From: a virus
Virus record (IMG/VR): IMGVR_UViG_3300020204_000005
Strand: one strand, 5' to 3'
Length of the DNA stretch: 64,000 nt
In this document: piece by piece, positions 1-10,221 of the stretch
Position numbering within the stretch: the first letter of the stretch is position 1
Layout: each line of letters opens with the position of its first letter
Program-made: the position numbers and the translations under genes
The notes under the pieces: model-generated
Databases searched by the model: none
What the model was told of the DNA's origin: nothing
Seen by the model: only the letters and a program-made list of their open reading frames with translations

Positions 1-331
1 AATGACCAACAACATTATAAAAGTATTGTTGTGACCAATGAACTTGACCTGAAGGAAGTGGGATTGGTGAAAATGAAATAACACTATAATCTAAATGCCA
101 TTTAGTGAAACCAACATAGATACTATCGACAGGAAATTTATCGTGAGGATTTATATATAAATCACCAGGGTAATATGTTGTATCATTTGGTGATGTTGTA
201 TTCTCATCTTCGGTATATGTTATCTTATCAATTACATATTCACCACTTAAACTTAATGAAGTTGGTTCCGCATATTTAATACAAGAAGTTAGAAATAAAA
301 CTAATGTGGATAGGTAAAAAAGTGTTTTCAT
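1..331 (-). CDS. Lipoprotein, partial (runs off the window start)
   Basis: Manual translation: MKTLFYLSTLVLFLTSC-IKYAEPTSLSLSGEYVIDKI..., open to position 1. Lipobox LTSC; TAnnTTTG motif on the minus strand at 354-361. Confidence 0.75.
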   Translation of the reverse strand, partial: MKTLFYLSTLVLFLTSCIKYAEPTSLSLSGEYVIDKITYTEDENTTSPNDTTYYPGDLYINPHDKFPVDSIYVGFTKWHLDYSVISFSPIPLPSGQVHWSQQYFYNVVGH

Positions 332-396
332 TGTAATTATCTTTATTTGACTACAAATATAAGTATATTTTTTTAATTACAAAAATATTTATCGAT

Positions 397-642
397 ATGA
401 AAAACGATATTGACTATTTAATCTCATTAATGACGGAATATACATTCGACCCAACCAATAAAAATGAGATTGGGGAACAAGAAGCGGCGGCTTCAGGAGG
501 TGGAGGTGGTTCTAAGCCAGCGTACCCTACAGTCACAAAATGGGAGTCAGGTGTTACAAGAGGTCCAGCGAATCAAATTGGTATCACTAAATGGCATGAA
601 ATAGTTAAATTAAATAGAGGAAAGGCTAACACTTTATTATAA
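397..642 (+). CDS. Hypothetical late protein, 81 aa
   Basis: ORF track; ATATTTAT motif at 385-392; IGEQE site followed by a Gly linker. Confidence 0.75.
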   Translation: MKNDIDYLISLMTEYTFDPTNKNEIGEQEAAASGGGGGSKPAYPTVTKWESGVTRGPANQIGITKWHEIVKLNRGKANTLL

Positions 643-661
643 AGATTAATATTTATTAAAT

Positions 662-2227
662 ATGAAAAATCAAAACCATACCCAAGTTATTGCAATGTCC
701 GCAAATCTCGGATATCTTTTTACAAACAAAGGAGTTTCTAAAGTATCCTATGAATCAAATGATTTAAACGGTAGAAATTTTGTCCCTTACACCTACGAAC
801 ATTTAAATGTCGCTAGCAAAATATTACAGGAAAACATAAACTTCAAATATAAAATAGGTTCACTCTCGTTAACCGAATACACATCTGAACCAAGAAGGTT
901 TTTAAATCTATTAATGGAAACTTTTGAAGTTAATAATGGTATCGCCATAATTAAAGAATGGGAAGAAAAATTTGGTAATAAATTATTATTAATTAATGAA
1001 TCTACGGATAATTTACTAATTGAGCAAAGAGTAAACAATTCTTGGGAAGGGATTTATCAAATCATATCAGAAGGTATTTTAGGTAATATTTGGAGCGGTG
1101 TTAAAAAGGTGGGAAGTGCCGTAGCCACAGGAGTTTCAAATGCCGCTGGATGGGTTAAAGATAAGGCAGTTGCTGCTAAAGATTGGGTAGTCGACCAAGG
1201 TAAACAAATTAAGGATAAAGGATTTCTTGGATGGGCGGCCGATAAAGCAAAGAATGTTTGGAATTATGTTAAAGATAAAATAGCCGCGGCTTGGAATTGT
1301 GTAAAGGCTGGTTTAGAATGTATAATGGAAGGTATCCGAAGTCTTGTTACAAGTGCTGCAGGTACCGCGGTTTTAACAGGATTATCTTTTGTTCCTGTTG
1401 TAGGTCAAGTTACAAATGCGGTTATATTCGGAGCATTATTATTATATGATTTATATCAGATGTCTCAGGGTAAAGGTGATTGGATTAATATTATTGTAGA
1501 CTCGGTGGCATTAATATTACCAATGGCAAGTAAATTACTAAAAAGTGCGTTGGTTGGTGTAAAATCGTTCAGTCAACTCGGTGCGGCGGCAGCTTCTAAA
1601 GGGGGTATTTTAGCAAAAGTAGTAAACGCGTTTAGGTCAGGAATAAGTACATTGGGTGGTTATGTCACAAAGGCGGCAACTTGGTTAGGTGAAAAGTTAG
1701 GTATGACAACATTGGCTAATTGGGGGAAAAACGCAACTTCAAAATTGGCGAGTTTGAGTGATGAATTAGCCGCGGGGGCGAAAGGTGTAAAAGGAACCGC
1801 TAAAACTGCTGCAACTACAGGAGCTAAGAAAACGGTGACCGCGGGGGCTAAGAAAACCGTAACCGCAAACGCAAAGAACGTAGCGGCATCAAAAATTGGG
1901 GCTAAAGCATCTCAAGAATCAATTAAAAAAGCAACACCATTACAACAATTAAAAACAATATGGGCAAAGAACCCTAAAACACCAATTCCTCCAACAGGTA
2001 CAATTGTTAAGGCTTCAGGTAAGGCGTTTTTACTTACCACTGGTATTTGTGCAGCGTTAGGGTTAGATGGTTTTACATGTTCTTCTAAAGTGGAGAATGG
2101 TCAAGTAACTCCTGAACAATTAAAAGTTGCGGAAGAAAAAGCACAAATGGAATTAGCTCAACAATTAACTACAAACCCTGAAGGTACAAGTTTAGGTATT
2201 AGTGATGCTGATATCGCAGCACTATAA
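662..2227 (+). CDS. Putative virion/ejection protein with Trp-spaced amphipathic repeats and hydrophobic segments
   Basis: 521 aa; IISE|G site; W every ~11 residues (GWVKDKAVAAKDWVVDQ...); hydrophobic LSFVPVVGQVTNAVIFGALLLY. Confidence 0.6.
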   Translation: MKNQNHTQVIAMSANLGYLFTNKGVSKVSYESNDLNGRNFVPYTYEHLNVASKILQENINFKYKIGSLSLTEYTSEPRRFLNLLMETFEVNNGIAIIKEWEEKFGNKLLLINESTDNLLIEQRVNNSWEGIYQIISEGILGNIWSGVKKVGSAVATGVSNAAGWVKDKAVAAKDWVVDQGKQIKDKGFLGWAADKAKNVWNYVKDKIAAAWNCVKAGLECIMEGIRSLVTSAAGTAVLTGLSFVPVVGQVTNAVIFGALLLYDLYQMSQGKGDWINIIVDSVALILPMASKLLKSALVGVKSFSQLGAAAASKGGILAKVVNAFRSGISTLGGYVTKAATWLGEKLGMTTLANWGKNATSKLASLSDELAAGAKGVKGTAKTAATTGAKKTVTAGAKKTVTANAKNVAASKIGAKASQESIKKATPLQQLKTIWAKNPKTPIPPTGTIVKASGKAFLLTTGICAALGLDGFTCSSKVENGQVTPEQLKVAEEKAQMELAQQLTTNPEGTSLGISDADIAAL

Positions 2228-2257
2228 TTTTTATTTAAAGTTAATATATTTATAGAT

Positions 2258-3763
2258 ATGAAAAATAACAATTTAATATTCGAGGAAATAAAAAGAGCCC
2301 AATTACTGATGGGGTATTCTTCTAAAAGTACTTTAACAGAAAACGAAATTAGAATCCAAAATAAACATAAAAAGTCTTTAGTAGAGAACTATAATAGATT
2401 AGTTTTGTCTGAAGGGGCTGGAGATAAAATTTTAAAATCTTTACTGGGTGGTGCTGATGACGCGGCAAGAGTGGCATTAAACAGTGCTGATGACGCGGCT
2501 AAAGTGGCGATAAAAACACAATTAGATGATGTTGTTAGAAGTGCTGGAGGTAAGATTGGTAAATTCTCGAGTGCTGATGACATATTAAAACATTTAAAAA
2601 AAGGTGGTGTTCTTGACGATGTTGCAAGACAAGAACTTAAGATGGGTTTAATGAAAAGTCCGAATACCGCTAAAAATGTTAAAAACGCATTAGCGGCTGA
2701 CATGTTAAAAAACGCCGATAATATAAAAAACTTTAATAAAATTATTGCGGCAGGAAAAGGTGAAGCAGGGATTTCTAAATTATTACAGAAAAAAGGTATT
2801 CCTGCCGACATTGCGGATGATATTGCAAGAAAACATGTATCCAAATCGGCAAATAAAGTTGCTGCAGGTTCAGCCGCAGGTAGTGGAGTTCAAAGTACTG
2901 TTAGTAAAGTGGGTAGTAAAACAAGTAAAAACGTTGGAAAAACAACTAAAACCGCTGGAAAAGGAGGTGTTGGTAGAGGTAAAAATGTAAAAAAACCAAC
3001 AAAACCAAGAGTAAAAAAACGAAGCTACACACCAAAAGGAGAAACAAATTGGCAAAAGTTTAAAAAGGCCATGGTAGGTTTTAGTAGAACTAAAATATTT
3101 AAATACCTTTTAATTGCGGGTGGTCTTTATTTAGTATATAAATGGTGGACGGATGAAGGTTCAGCACCTTTCCCTGATTGTATTGGTAAAAATATTCCTC
3201 AAGAAGATTTTGAGCAAATGGTTAATAGTGGGGACGGGTCAGTTATTATCTCTGACACAGGAGTTGATGCTATTGATAGAGCAGGTGGTGGTAAATTTTA
3301 TGACGATAAGAAATTTGTGACAGGTAATGGTAGATATTCAGGAACTTGGTCTGAAGTTCCAGGTGTAGGTGTTGTTATCTCAATTGAAGGTCAAGAATAC
3401 ACTATGTCATGTGAAGGAGTTGTGGATGAAGAAGATGGTGGAGGAACAGGTGGTGGTGACGGAACAGGTGGCGGAACAGGTGGTGGAGGTGGATATACAC
3501 CTTGTTCAGGATTCCCTCTTAAACAAGGTTGTAAATCAAGTGATGTTAGAAAAGTACAAGAATGTTTAGGTATTGGAGCCGATGGTCAATTAGGTCCTAA
3601 AACCGCAAGTGCTATTAAAGCGAAAGGTTATAGTATGCCATTAAGTCAATCTGATTATGATAAAATTGTTGCTAATTGTGGAGGTAGTTCATCCTCATCA
3701 ACTACAACAACAACTACTGTATACACAGGAGGAGAGTCGGGCTCAATTGAGAATTTTGTTTAA
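2258..3763 (+). CDS. Putative virion protein with one TM helix and a C-terminal peptidoglycan-binding-like domain
   Basis: TM segment IFKYLLIAGGLYLVYKWW; LKQGCKSSDVRKVQECLGIGADGQLGPKT resembles PG_binding_1; ATATTTAT at 2246-2253. Confidence 0.65.
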   Translation: MKNNNLIFEEIKRAQLLMGYSSKSTLTENEIRIQNKHKKSLVENYNRLVLSEGAGDKILKSLLGGADDAARVALNSADDAAKVAIKTQLDDVVRSAGGKIGKFSSADDILKHLKKGGVLDDVARQELKMGLMKSPNTAKNVKNALAADMLKNADNIKNFNKIIAAGKGEAGISKLLQKKGIPADIADDIARKHVSKSANKVAAGSAAGSGVQSTVSKVGSKTSKNVGKTTKTAGKGGVGRGKNVKKPTKPRVKKRSYTPKGETNWQKFKKAMVGFSRTKIFKYLLIAGGLYLVYKWWTDEGSAPFPDCIGKNIPQEDFEQMVNSGDGSVIISDTGVDAIDRAGGGKFYDDKKFVTGNGRYSGTWSEVPGVGVVISIEGQEYTMSCEGVVDEEDGGGTGGGDGTGGGTGGGGGYTPCSGFPLKQGCKSSDVRKVQECLGIGADGQLGPKTASAIKAKGYSMPLSQSDYDKIVANCGGSSSSSTTTTTTVYTGGESGSIENFV

Positions 3764-3781
3764 AAAATAAAAAATATATAT

Positions 3782-5662
3782 ATGAAAAATATAAGATTTG
3801 AGAATAGATTAAGAAAAATGTTATCTGAATCTTCAGGTAGGGAACATGTTAAACGAATGTTAAATGAGGCATTAGTTAACAAAGAATCTGAATGTAGAGA
3901 CGCTTATGGTGAAACTAATTGGACATTGGCATGTTCTTATGGTTGTATCCCGTCAACAGGAAAATTATTAACAAACATAATGATTCCTGGACAACAAAAA
4001 CAAACAGTGGTAATGTTTGACGCTAAACAACCTGTCGGTTATTATAAAAAAGTACTTGTTACCCAACCTAATGCCGAAACAGGTAAAATGACTGTTTATA
4101 TGTCAAACGACAATGCTAGTGAATTGTTAAAAAACAACAAACAAGGTTCAGAAACTTTATGGTACGCGGTAAAATCATGTTCAGATTTATTACCAAGTGT
4201 AAATCCCCAATTAAGTAAAGAAGCGACCGCATTAATCCAACAATTGATAACTTTAGAAACACCTCCAGGAGGTCAACCAAAACTTAAATTTTGGGCTGAT
4301 GGTATGAATGACCCTAGCTCAGTTAAAACTGGTTGGATTCCTATTAAATTAAAAGATTTTATTGATAGTTACGTTAAAGCCGATAAAACAGGTAGATTTA
4401 ACGCTATTGCTACCATGATTGAAGCTCAGAGAGAAAGTCCTGTAATGATGTGGTATCAAGCGGGTGGAGTATCTCAAGCTCAAGCAGAAAGGAGTATTGG
4501 TGGTTTAGATGCTTGGTTAAAATCATCGAATGGTTTATGGAAAGAAGGTCCATGTCCTCCAGGTAAAGAAAGAACATGTACTCAAAAAAATCTAAAAACT
4601 GACCCTGCAACGTCCGCAAATTTTAAAAATTCACCAACCGATGTGTTTGTTCATATGATGGAGGAAGATTTGTCAGGTGAAAATATTGTTAAAGCTATAT
4701 ATGACGCATATAGTGGAGTTACCCAATCTCCTGATGAGAAAACAAAAAAAGAAAAATGTAAACCATTATTACAGGCATATGCAAAGGCATACGAATTAGG
4801 TACTCAAATCGACCCTCAAAATATTGAGGCATATAAAGGAGCGGTTAATCAATGTACTAAATATAATTATTTATTTGGTGTTGATGAAAAACTATTTAGA
4901 AACCAATTACAAGTGAATGCGGTTAAAGGTAAAACTGATTATAGTTTGGGTAGTGGTGCAACCAGAACAACTTTTAGAGAAAGTCATCGAGATAGGGAAC
5001 TTAGAAACTTAATCCGAGAAAGTTTGCTTGATATCAAGCGAACCAAAAAAAAAATCGGCTTGGGTGAGAGTAAGATAATTAACAGTAGAATTAAGTTAAT
5101 TTCTGAACATAGAACTCTAAAAACAAAATCTCAGAAAGAAAAGTTTTTCAATGAGTTAATGATGGAAATGGCTTACCTTAACTCACAAGGATACGATTCA
5201 AAATTAATAAATGAGAATTTCCTTGATATATTAAAAGGTTTGTTTGGTACGGCTGCCGACTCAACGTTACAATATTTTAAAGAGTCAATCGCCAAATGGT
5301 TAATTGAAAAATTAACACCAATGGACCCTAATGGTTGGATGGCTAACATTATTATTGTTGCGGTTGGTAACGTTCCAATTGGTGAAATTACAAGATTAAC
5401 GGAATGTAACTATTTAAGTGATGTTTTAACTAAGTCAATAGTGGAAGGTGCAGTTAACAAATATAAAAACGAACAAGGTCTAACGGGACCGTTCTATGAT
5501 ATTTTAAGAAATGGTATTGTAGAAATGTTGGAAGATACCAAATTCGGTCAAGTCATTGAAACCGCAATCGGTGATTTAGTTTGTCCGTTACTTGGAGGAA
5601 TTAAAGATAAGATGGGTTCAGCAGCGGATACAATGAAAAAAGGAGCTCTGAGTCTAACTTAA
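3782..5662 (+). CDS. Hypothetical late/virion protein, 626 aa
   Basis: Long ORF co-oriented with the late genes; MLNE|A and LIRES motifs. Confidence 0.65.
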   Translation: MKNIRFENRLRKMLSESSGREHVKRMLNEALVNKESECRDAYGETNWTLACSYGCIPSTGKLLTNIMIPGQQKQTVVMFDAKQPVGYYKKVLVTQPNAETGKMTVYMSNDNASELLKNNKQGSETLWYAVKSCSDLLPSVNPQLSKEATALIQQLITLETPPGGQPKLKFWADGMNDPSSVKTGWIPIKLKDFIDSYVKADKTGRFNAIATMIEAQRESPVMMWYQAGGVSQAQAERSIGGLDAWLKSSNGLWKEGPCPPGKERTCTQKNLKTDPATSANFKNSPTDVFVHMMEEDLSGENIVKAIYDAYSGVTQSPDEKTKKEKCKPLLQAYAKAYELGTQIDPQNIEAYKGAVNQCTKYNYLFGVDEKLFRNQLQVNAVKGKTDYSLGSGATRTTFRESHRDRELRNLIRESLLDIKRTKKKIGLGESKIINSRIKLISEHRTLKTKSQKEKFFNELMMEMAYLNSQGYDSKLINENFLDILKGLFGTAADSTLQYFKESIAKWLIEKLTPMDPNGWMANIIIVAVGNVPIGEITRLTECNYLSDVLTKSIVEGAVNKYKNEQGLTGPFYDILRNGIVEMLEDTKFGQVIETAIGDLVCPLLGGIKDKMGSAADTMKKGALSLT

Positions 5663-5728
5663 GAAACCTACGAGGTAGTTCTCGTATGGGATAAACCAAT
5701 AAAAGAAAGGGGGTATTCCAAATCTAAC

Positions 5729-5754
5729 AAAAAGGTGTCGAAAGACACCTTTTT
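5729..5754. terminator. Bidirectional intrinsic terminator
   Basis: AAAAAGGTGTC-GAAA-GACACCTTTTT between convergent genes. Confidence 0.8.
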
Positions 5755-5758
5755 GTTT

Positions 5759-6250
5759 TTAACTAAATGACTTCTTAAAGTCTTCCCAAATATGTTCTAC
5801 ATTTGAATTTATAATTTCAGAAAATATTGATGGTTCATAAGGTTTAAACCTTAACTTCATATTGGCTTCTCCAGGAGTTCTATCACCTTTTTGTCGATTA
5901 CAAGTACCGCAACAAGTGACAAGATTTTGCCAAGTATTTGAACCACCTTTAGATTTAGGTTGTGTATGGTCAACAGTTAAGTTTTTTTTACTACCACAAT
6001 AAACACACTCATGATTATCTCGTTTAAATAATCTATGACGGTTAATTTTTAATTTGTGAATTCTATGTCTAACATAGTTTAGTAGTCTAATTATTAGAGG
6101 TCTAACAAACTTATTTGCACCTGCAATAATTGGGTTTTCAGAAGATTTTAAAATTTCTGCTTTACCTTTTGTCACTAAATTAAAACCTCTGTATACTGTA
6201 GTTATATTTATAGGAGTATAGTCCGAATTTAAAACTAATACTTTTTCCAT
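5759..6250 (-). CDS. HNH endonuclease (McrA-like)
   Basis: VLVLNSDYTPINIT N-terminus; CVYCG...LTVDHTQPKSKGGSNTWQNLVTCCGTCN. Start moved to 6250, behind TATCTTTG at 6287-6294. Confidence 0.9.
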   Translation of the reverse strand: MEKVLVLNSDYTPINITTVYRGFNLVTKGKAEILKSSENPIIAGANKFVRPLIIRLLNYVRHRIHKLKINRHRLFKRDNHECVYCGSKKNLTVDHTQPKSKGGSNTWQNLVTCCGTCNRQKGDRTPGEANMKLRFKPYEPSIFSEIINSNVEHIWEDFKKSFS

Positions 6251-6311
6251 AATATCTTTCAAAATAATTTTTCTTTTAAATATAAACAAAGATAATTATC
6301 TTAACAAGAGA

Positions 6312-6995
6312 TTAAAAAGTGAGTTTTACATTATGTTTGGTTTTTGGTTCTAAAAATGGGTTTTTGTAAGTGGATTCACCGTATTTTATGGGAAAAACAA
6401 CCAATGAAGTTTTCCAACTTGCATACATATTAGACAATTGGTCTCTACCACTACCATTATTAATCTCATTCCACCATATATTATTAAATTCATTAACCTT
6501 ATCAACATTCCTTCTAACCATAAACCCTGTTTCAAATAAACCAAAATTTTTAGGAAAACCCTCTTCTCTATATTTTAACATTTGATTCTCGACTACTAGC
6601 TTAGAATCAAGTTTTTGTTCTAACACTTTTTTTGACTCCTCATATATACATTTTCTCCAACTATGAGGAAATATCATAATATTTTTATCTTTAGTAAACT
6701 CCATCTTTTTAAAAAGTTCATTTACGTTAGTAAATTTTGGTATAAAACAATGGTCAATCCATATGTTTATATCGTGTTTAGGAAGAACAATATGAGGATT
6801 GACTTTAATGTATCTAGCCAATTTTCGACTATCTAATGTCTCATTTATCAAATCAGTATGGCAAATTTCCCACACATCTGATTTAATATATTTATTATCA
6901 GTAAATAATATATATCTTACATTTTTATCATAAATCACGGGGTTATTAAAATTATCGTAATCCCCAATATTTGCACTATAAATTATTGTCTTCAT
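6312..6995 (-). CDS. DUF616-like glycosyltransferase
   Basis: IIYSANIGDYD, YILFTD, NIWIDH, H..RKCIYEE, GRDQLS motifs. Confidence 0.75.
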   Translation of the reverse strand: MKTIIYSANIGDYDNFNNPVIYDKNVRYILFTDNKYIKSDVWEICHTDLINETLDSRKLARYIKVNPHIVLPKHDINIWIDHCFIPKFTNVNELFKKMEFTKDKNIMIFPHSWRKCIYEESKKVLEQKLDSKLVVENQMLKYREEGFPKNFGLFETGFMVRRNVDKVNEFNNIWWNEINNGSGRDQLSNMYASWKTSLVVFPIKYGESTYKNPFLEPKTKHNVKLTF

Positions 6996-6997
6996 TA

Positions 6998-7792
6998 TTA
7001 TAAAACAGGTTTTATGTAAGAGGTTTTACCTTTACCAGGACCCCTAGTTATCTTCCCGACAAAAAAATCAAAAACACTACCTAAATCTAAAGAAACCCCA
7101 TTTAATTCTGAAAATACAAACCCTAAATGTTTACCAAATGCGCCCGCTCCAAAAATTAAAAGTTGTCCCGACCTATCTACAGAGTTTAATTTTTTTGTTA
7201 TTTTGTTAATTTCCTCAAATATGTCAAGATTATTGTTTAATACTTCTTCGTATACTTGTTCTCCAGGTATTAAATATTGCTCAACATGATTAATATTTGG
7301 GAATCTTTTTTTAATTTTATCTTTAACATCTCTACAACTAACAATTACAATGCTATCTATAGACTCAAAAATTTCAAATAAATCACCATTATCGACTAAC
7401 TCAAAATGAGAATTAATCGTACAATAATTTTTATCAATCCAATTAGTAGGGTTATCATCCTTAATTTTTTCATAATAGGTGATTAAATCGGACCATAAAC
7501 TATTTTTTATAATGTGTTTTTCAGTTGGTAATCCAAGTATATTACATTTCAGTACTGAATTAATTAAATTAATTTGTGTGTTATTAATTTCATCATTTGT
7601 CAACCTTCTACCAATCTGTTTTTTTGAGAATTTAGTTATCCTTTTATCATCATTTTTACTTGTATTATTTTTATCGTAATTGGCTAAAATCATTTCTCCA
7701 TCACCCATCCTTAACATGAATAATGGTTTTCTATTTAACAAGGATTTTAAAACTTCGTCTTTAATTTGTTTTGATGAAAAATTTATTTCCAC
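6998..7792 (-). CDS. GT-D fold-like glycosyltransferase
   Basis: LRMGDGE motif; C-terminal GAGAFGK...SLDLGSVFD. Confidence 0.65.
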   Translation of the reverse strand: MEINFSSKQIKDEVLKSLLNRKPLFMLRMGDGEMILANYDKNNTSKNDDKRITKFSKKQIGRRLTNDEINNTQINLINSVLKCNILGLPTEKHIIKNSLWSDLITYYEKIKDDNPTNWIDKNYCTINSHFELVDNGDLFEIFESIDSIVIVSCRDVKDKIKKRFPNINHVEQYLIPGEQVYEEVLNNNLDIFEEINKITKKLNSVDRSGQLLIFGAGAFGKHLGFVFSELNGVSLDLGSVFDFFVGKITRGPGKGKTSYIKPVL

Positions 7793-7797
7793 AATTA

Positions 7798-8499
7798 TTA
7801 TAAATCTTTTATTATCGACTCTATTTGAGAGGTATTTATATTACTTTGGTAAGTAAATTTAGGATTTTCCATAGTTGATAGGGTTGGTGTAAGATTAATA
7901 GACATAAAATGGTCTTTATATTTTGTATCATCACCAATTATAATGTCTGAAAACTTGACCCATGCGGATGGTATACCATATGCGTGTGAACAAATTAAAC
8001 CATGTAAAGAACTTGATATAGTTTGTCTACATTCCGTAATTTGTTTAACAACTTCTAAAGGGTTTGGGTTATTTAAGTTAATTACGTTATGATTTGGGTA
8101 TTTTTCTTTAATTTTATGATACTCTTTCATATGCGGTATTATACCTAAATCGTATTTTTTTTTACTTTCATCACAAAAATTAGGAAGTAATAATGCTGCG
8201 TCACCATAAATTTCAGGGCATTCCCCCCCATTTTTTAACACTAAATTTCTTGTAATAGGTCCCCTAACAAATTTCCATATTGCTTTTGGGTTTAATTTAC
8301 CATTTTCCCACGCGGAACCTGAACCAATAACTAAACAATTTTCAGTTGCTTTATTCGCAATTGAACCAATAGAAATTAAATTATAATTTTCTTTAGTGTA
8401 TTCGTATTTTATTGAGTAATGGTCGAATAATTTTGGTGTTAATACATCACCAAAATTATGAATTTTTTCACCTACCATCCACCAAACTTTATAAGTCAT
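7798..8499 (-). CDS. Polysaccharide pyruvyl transferase family (ExoV-like)
   Basis: NFGDVLTP, SIGSI, VRGPIT, GDAALLLP, ISSSLHGLICSHAYGIP. Confidence 0.85.
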   Translation of the reverse strand: MTYKVWWMVGEKIHNFGDVLTPKLFDHYSIKYEYTKENYNLISIGSIANKATENCLVIGSGSAWENGKLNPKAIWKFVRGPITRNLVLKNGGECPEIYGDAALLLPNFCDESKKKYDLGIIPHMKEYHKIKEKYPNHNVINLNNPNPLEVVKQITECRQTISSSLHGLICSHAYGIPSAWVKFSDIIIGDDTKYKDHFMSINLTPTLSTMENPKFTYQSNINTSQIESIIKDL

Positions 8500-9094
8500 C
8501 TTTTTTAAAAATTATTAGATTATTATACACGTATTTTGGAGCTTTTAAAGTTTTCCACTTTTCAGAAACCTCCTTAGTCACTTGGGAATCCACGCCAAAA
8601 CCATAGGTATTAAAAAGTTCAATCCAAAATTCTTTGGTTTGGCAATTTATATGACCTGTCCCATTTTGTTCTGGTTGTGCGGCGGAAAAAATAATTAATG
8701 AATTTTCATCTGCAGAATTAATTAAGTTCATGACAAACACCTCACTTTTTAATGGATTAATGTGCTCCGCAGTTTCTATTGAAATTATACATTCGTACTT
8801 ATCAGTATTTATTTTTTCCGTACAATCGGTATAAGTTATAAACTTACCTATTAACGGGTTTGTATATTTTTTTAAAATCTCACCATTTATATCAAACCCT
8901 TGAAGTCTTTCAACCCCTTTGTTAAAACCTGACTCTAAATAAGCCCCAATACCACAACCGTAATCAATTATTGATTTTGGTTTATATGTATCAATAAACC
9001 AATCCATAGTGGTTTTAATATAATCTTTAGTGTTTTTTACAAACCAATTATAATATTTATCATCATATTTTGATGAGTCAAAATTATTTTCCAT
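8489..9094 (-). CDS. Class I SAM-dependent methyltransferase
   Basis: IIDYGCGIG motif I; SIETAEHI; FSAAQPEQNGTGHIN. Confidence 0.85.
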   Translation of the reverse strand: MENNFDSSKYDDKYYNWFVKNTKDYIKTTMDWFIDTYKPKSIIDYGCGIGAYLESGFNKGVERLQGFDINGEILKKYTNPLIGKFITYTDCTEKINTDKYECIISIETAEHINPLKSEVFVMNLINSADENSLIIFSAAQPEQNGTGHINCQTKEFWIELFNTYGFGVDSQVTKEVSEKWKTLKAPKYVYNNLIIFKKDDL

Positions 9095-9587
9095 TTATGT
9101 ATGTTTTTTTGGAGTCAATATCTGATAAACCTAATGTAAAATATCCAAAAGGTATTTTATTGACGTTTATTTTATTATAAATCTTCATAAAAGCAGAGTG
9201 GGAACCTGATTTAGTTTCATTAATCTCCTTAATCCATTCTAATAAAAATTGTTTATTTTCTTTCGTATTTTTTATTATATGTACATAATCATGAGGGGAG
9301 CCATTTTTTTTAAAATCCACTAACCAATCAGAATCAATTGGGAAGTCTATATTTTTATTGATTCTACAATCAATATCCAACCATAATAAATCTTGATTAA
9401 ATTTCTCCATCATCTCAACTATAAAAGTTGGCTTCGCCCTAACATTATCTATCCATGAAGTACCAAAATTATATTCATCAATGTAGTAATCAATACCAAA
9501 TTCAATACAATCCTGAATTAAATTTTTTGATGAGTTTTTATAAAAATCACCTCCATCTACATCACAGTAAAAACTAATTAATTTCAT
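9084..9587 (-). CDS. Putative nucleotide-diphospho-sugar transferase
   Basis: KPTFI...LLWLDID (DxD motif); lies within the glycan cluster. Confidence 0.6.
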   Translation of the reverse strand: MKLISFYCDVDGGDFYKNSSKNLIQDCIEFGIDYYIDEYNFGTSWIDNVRAKPTFIVEMMEKFNQDLLWLDIDCRINKNIDFPIDSDWLVDFKKNGSPHDYVHIIKNTKENKQFLLEWIKEINETKSGSHSAFMKIYNKINVNKIPFGYFTLGLSDIDSKKTYINGK

Positions 9588-10153
9588 AATAAATGTTTTT
9601 TATCGTTCATATTCCCACCTCTATACCAATGTTGGACATAAATACCTCTCATTAAACCGACTTTGAGTCCTGCATTTTTAAATCTTAAGTGTATATCATT
9701 ATCAACACCCAACATACCTATTTCTTTAAAACCACCTACCCGCTCCCACGAAGATTTTTTAATTAGAATTATAACTCCACTTAGTAGAGTTTTATCAGTA
9801 ATATCTAATACATTGGTTTTATTCGTGTTCCATAATTTTTCCCCAAATTCTCTATGATATTTTTGGTCATTTGAGGATTTATTGACATTCGGAGCTAACT
9901 GATAAAAACAACCTATCCTGTTGGTATAACAAGTAAGGAGTGAATACTCGGGATTAGATTGGATTACCTCCTCGATATATTTACCAAAAAATGGAGTGGT
10001 ATGTACTGCGTCCCCATCTAAAAAGCAACACCAATCGTTGTCATCAATTAGATTCATTATTTCATTGTATGACTTGCCAATCTTTTTTTCTGAATTCCAC
10101 GGAATAACATGAAAAACTCTTGGTTTTGGTACTGTAAATGTTTTTTTTTCCAT
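9584..10153 (-). CDS. GT-A fold glycosyltransferase (GT2/GT7-like)
   Basis: CFLDGD, LSGVIILIKKSSWERVGGF, GVDND, YVQHWY. Confidence 0.8.
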   Translation of the reverse strand: MEKKTFTVPKPRVFHVIPWNSEKKIGKSYNEIMNLIDDNDWCCFLDGDAVHTTPFFGKYIEEVIQSNPEYSLLTCYTNRIGCFYQLAPNVNKSSNDQKYHREFGEKLWNTNKTNVLDITDKTLLSGVIILIKKSSWERVGGFKEIGMLGVDNDIHLRFKNAGLKVGLMRGIYVQHWYRGGNMNDKKHLL

Positions 10154-10194
10154 ATTTTAATATATGATTAAGATAAATAATAGTTATCTTACCC

Positions 10195-10206
10195 TATTTA
10201 TAAATA
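10195..10206. promoter_or_regulatory. Palindromic putative late promoter serving divergent glycosyltransferase genes
   Basis: TATTTATAAATA is a perfect palindrome containing the TATTTAT motif on both strands. Confidence 0.5.
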
Positions 10207-10221
10207 TAGAGTTTAAAATTT

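Noticed and set aside
5663-5728. Small hairpin TACGAG-gtagtt-CTCGTA between the 626-aa gene and the terminator as a possible sRNA
   Set aside because: Only one short stem; it could be a 3'-UTR stabilising hairpin, so evidence is insufficient.
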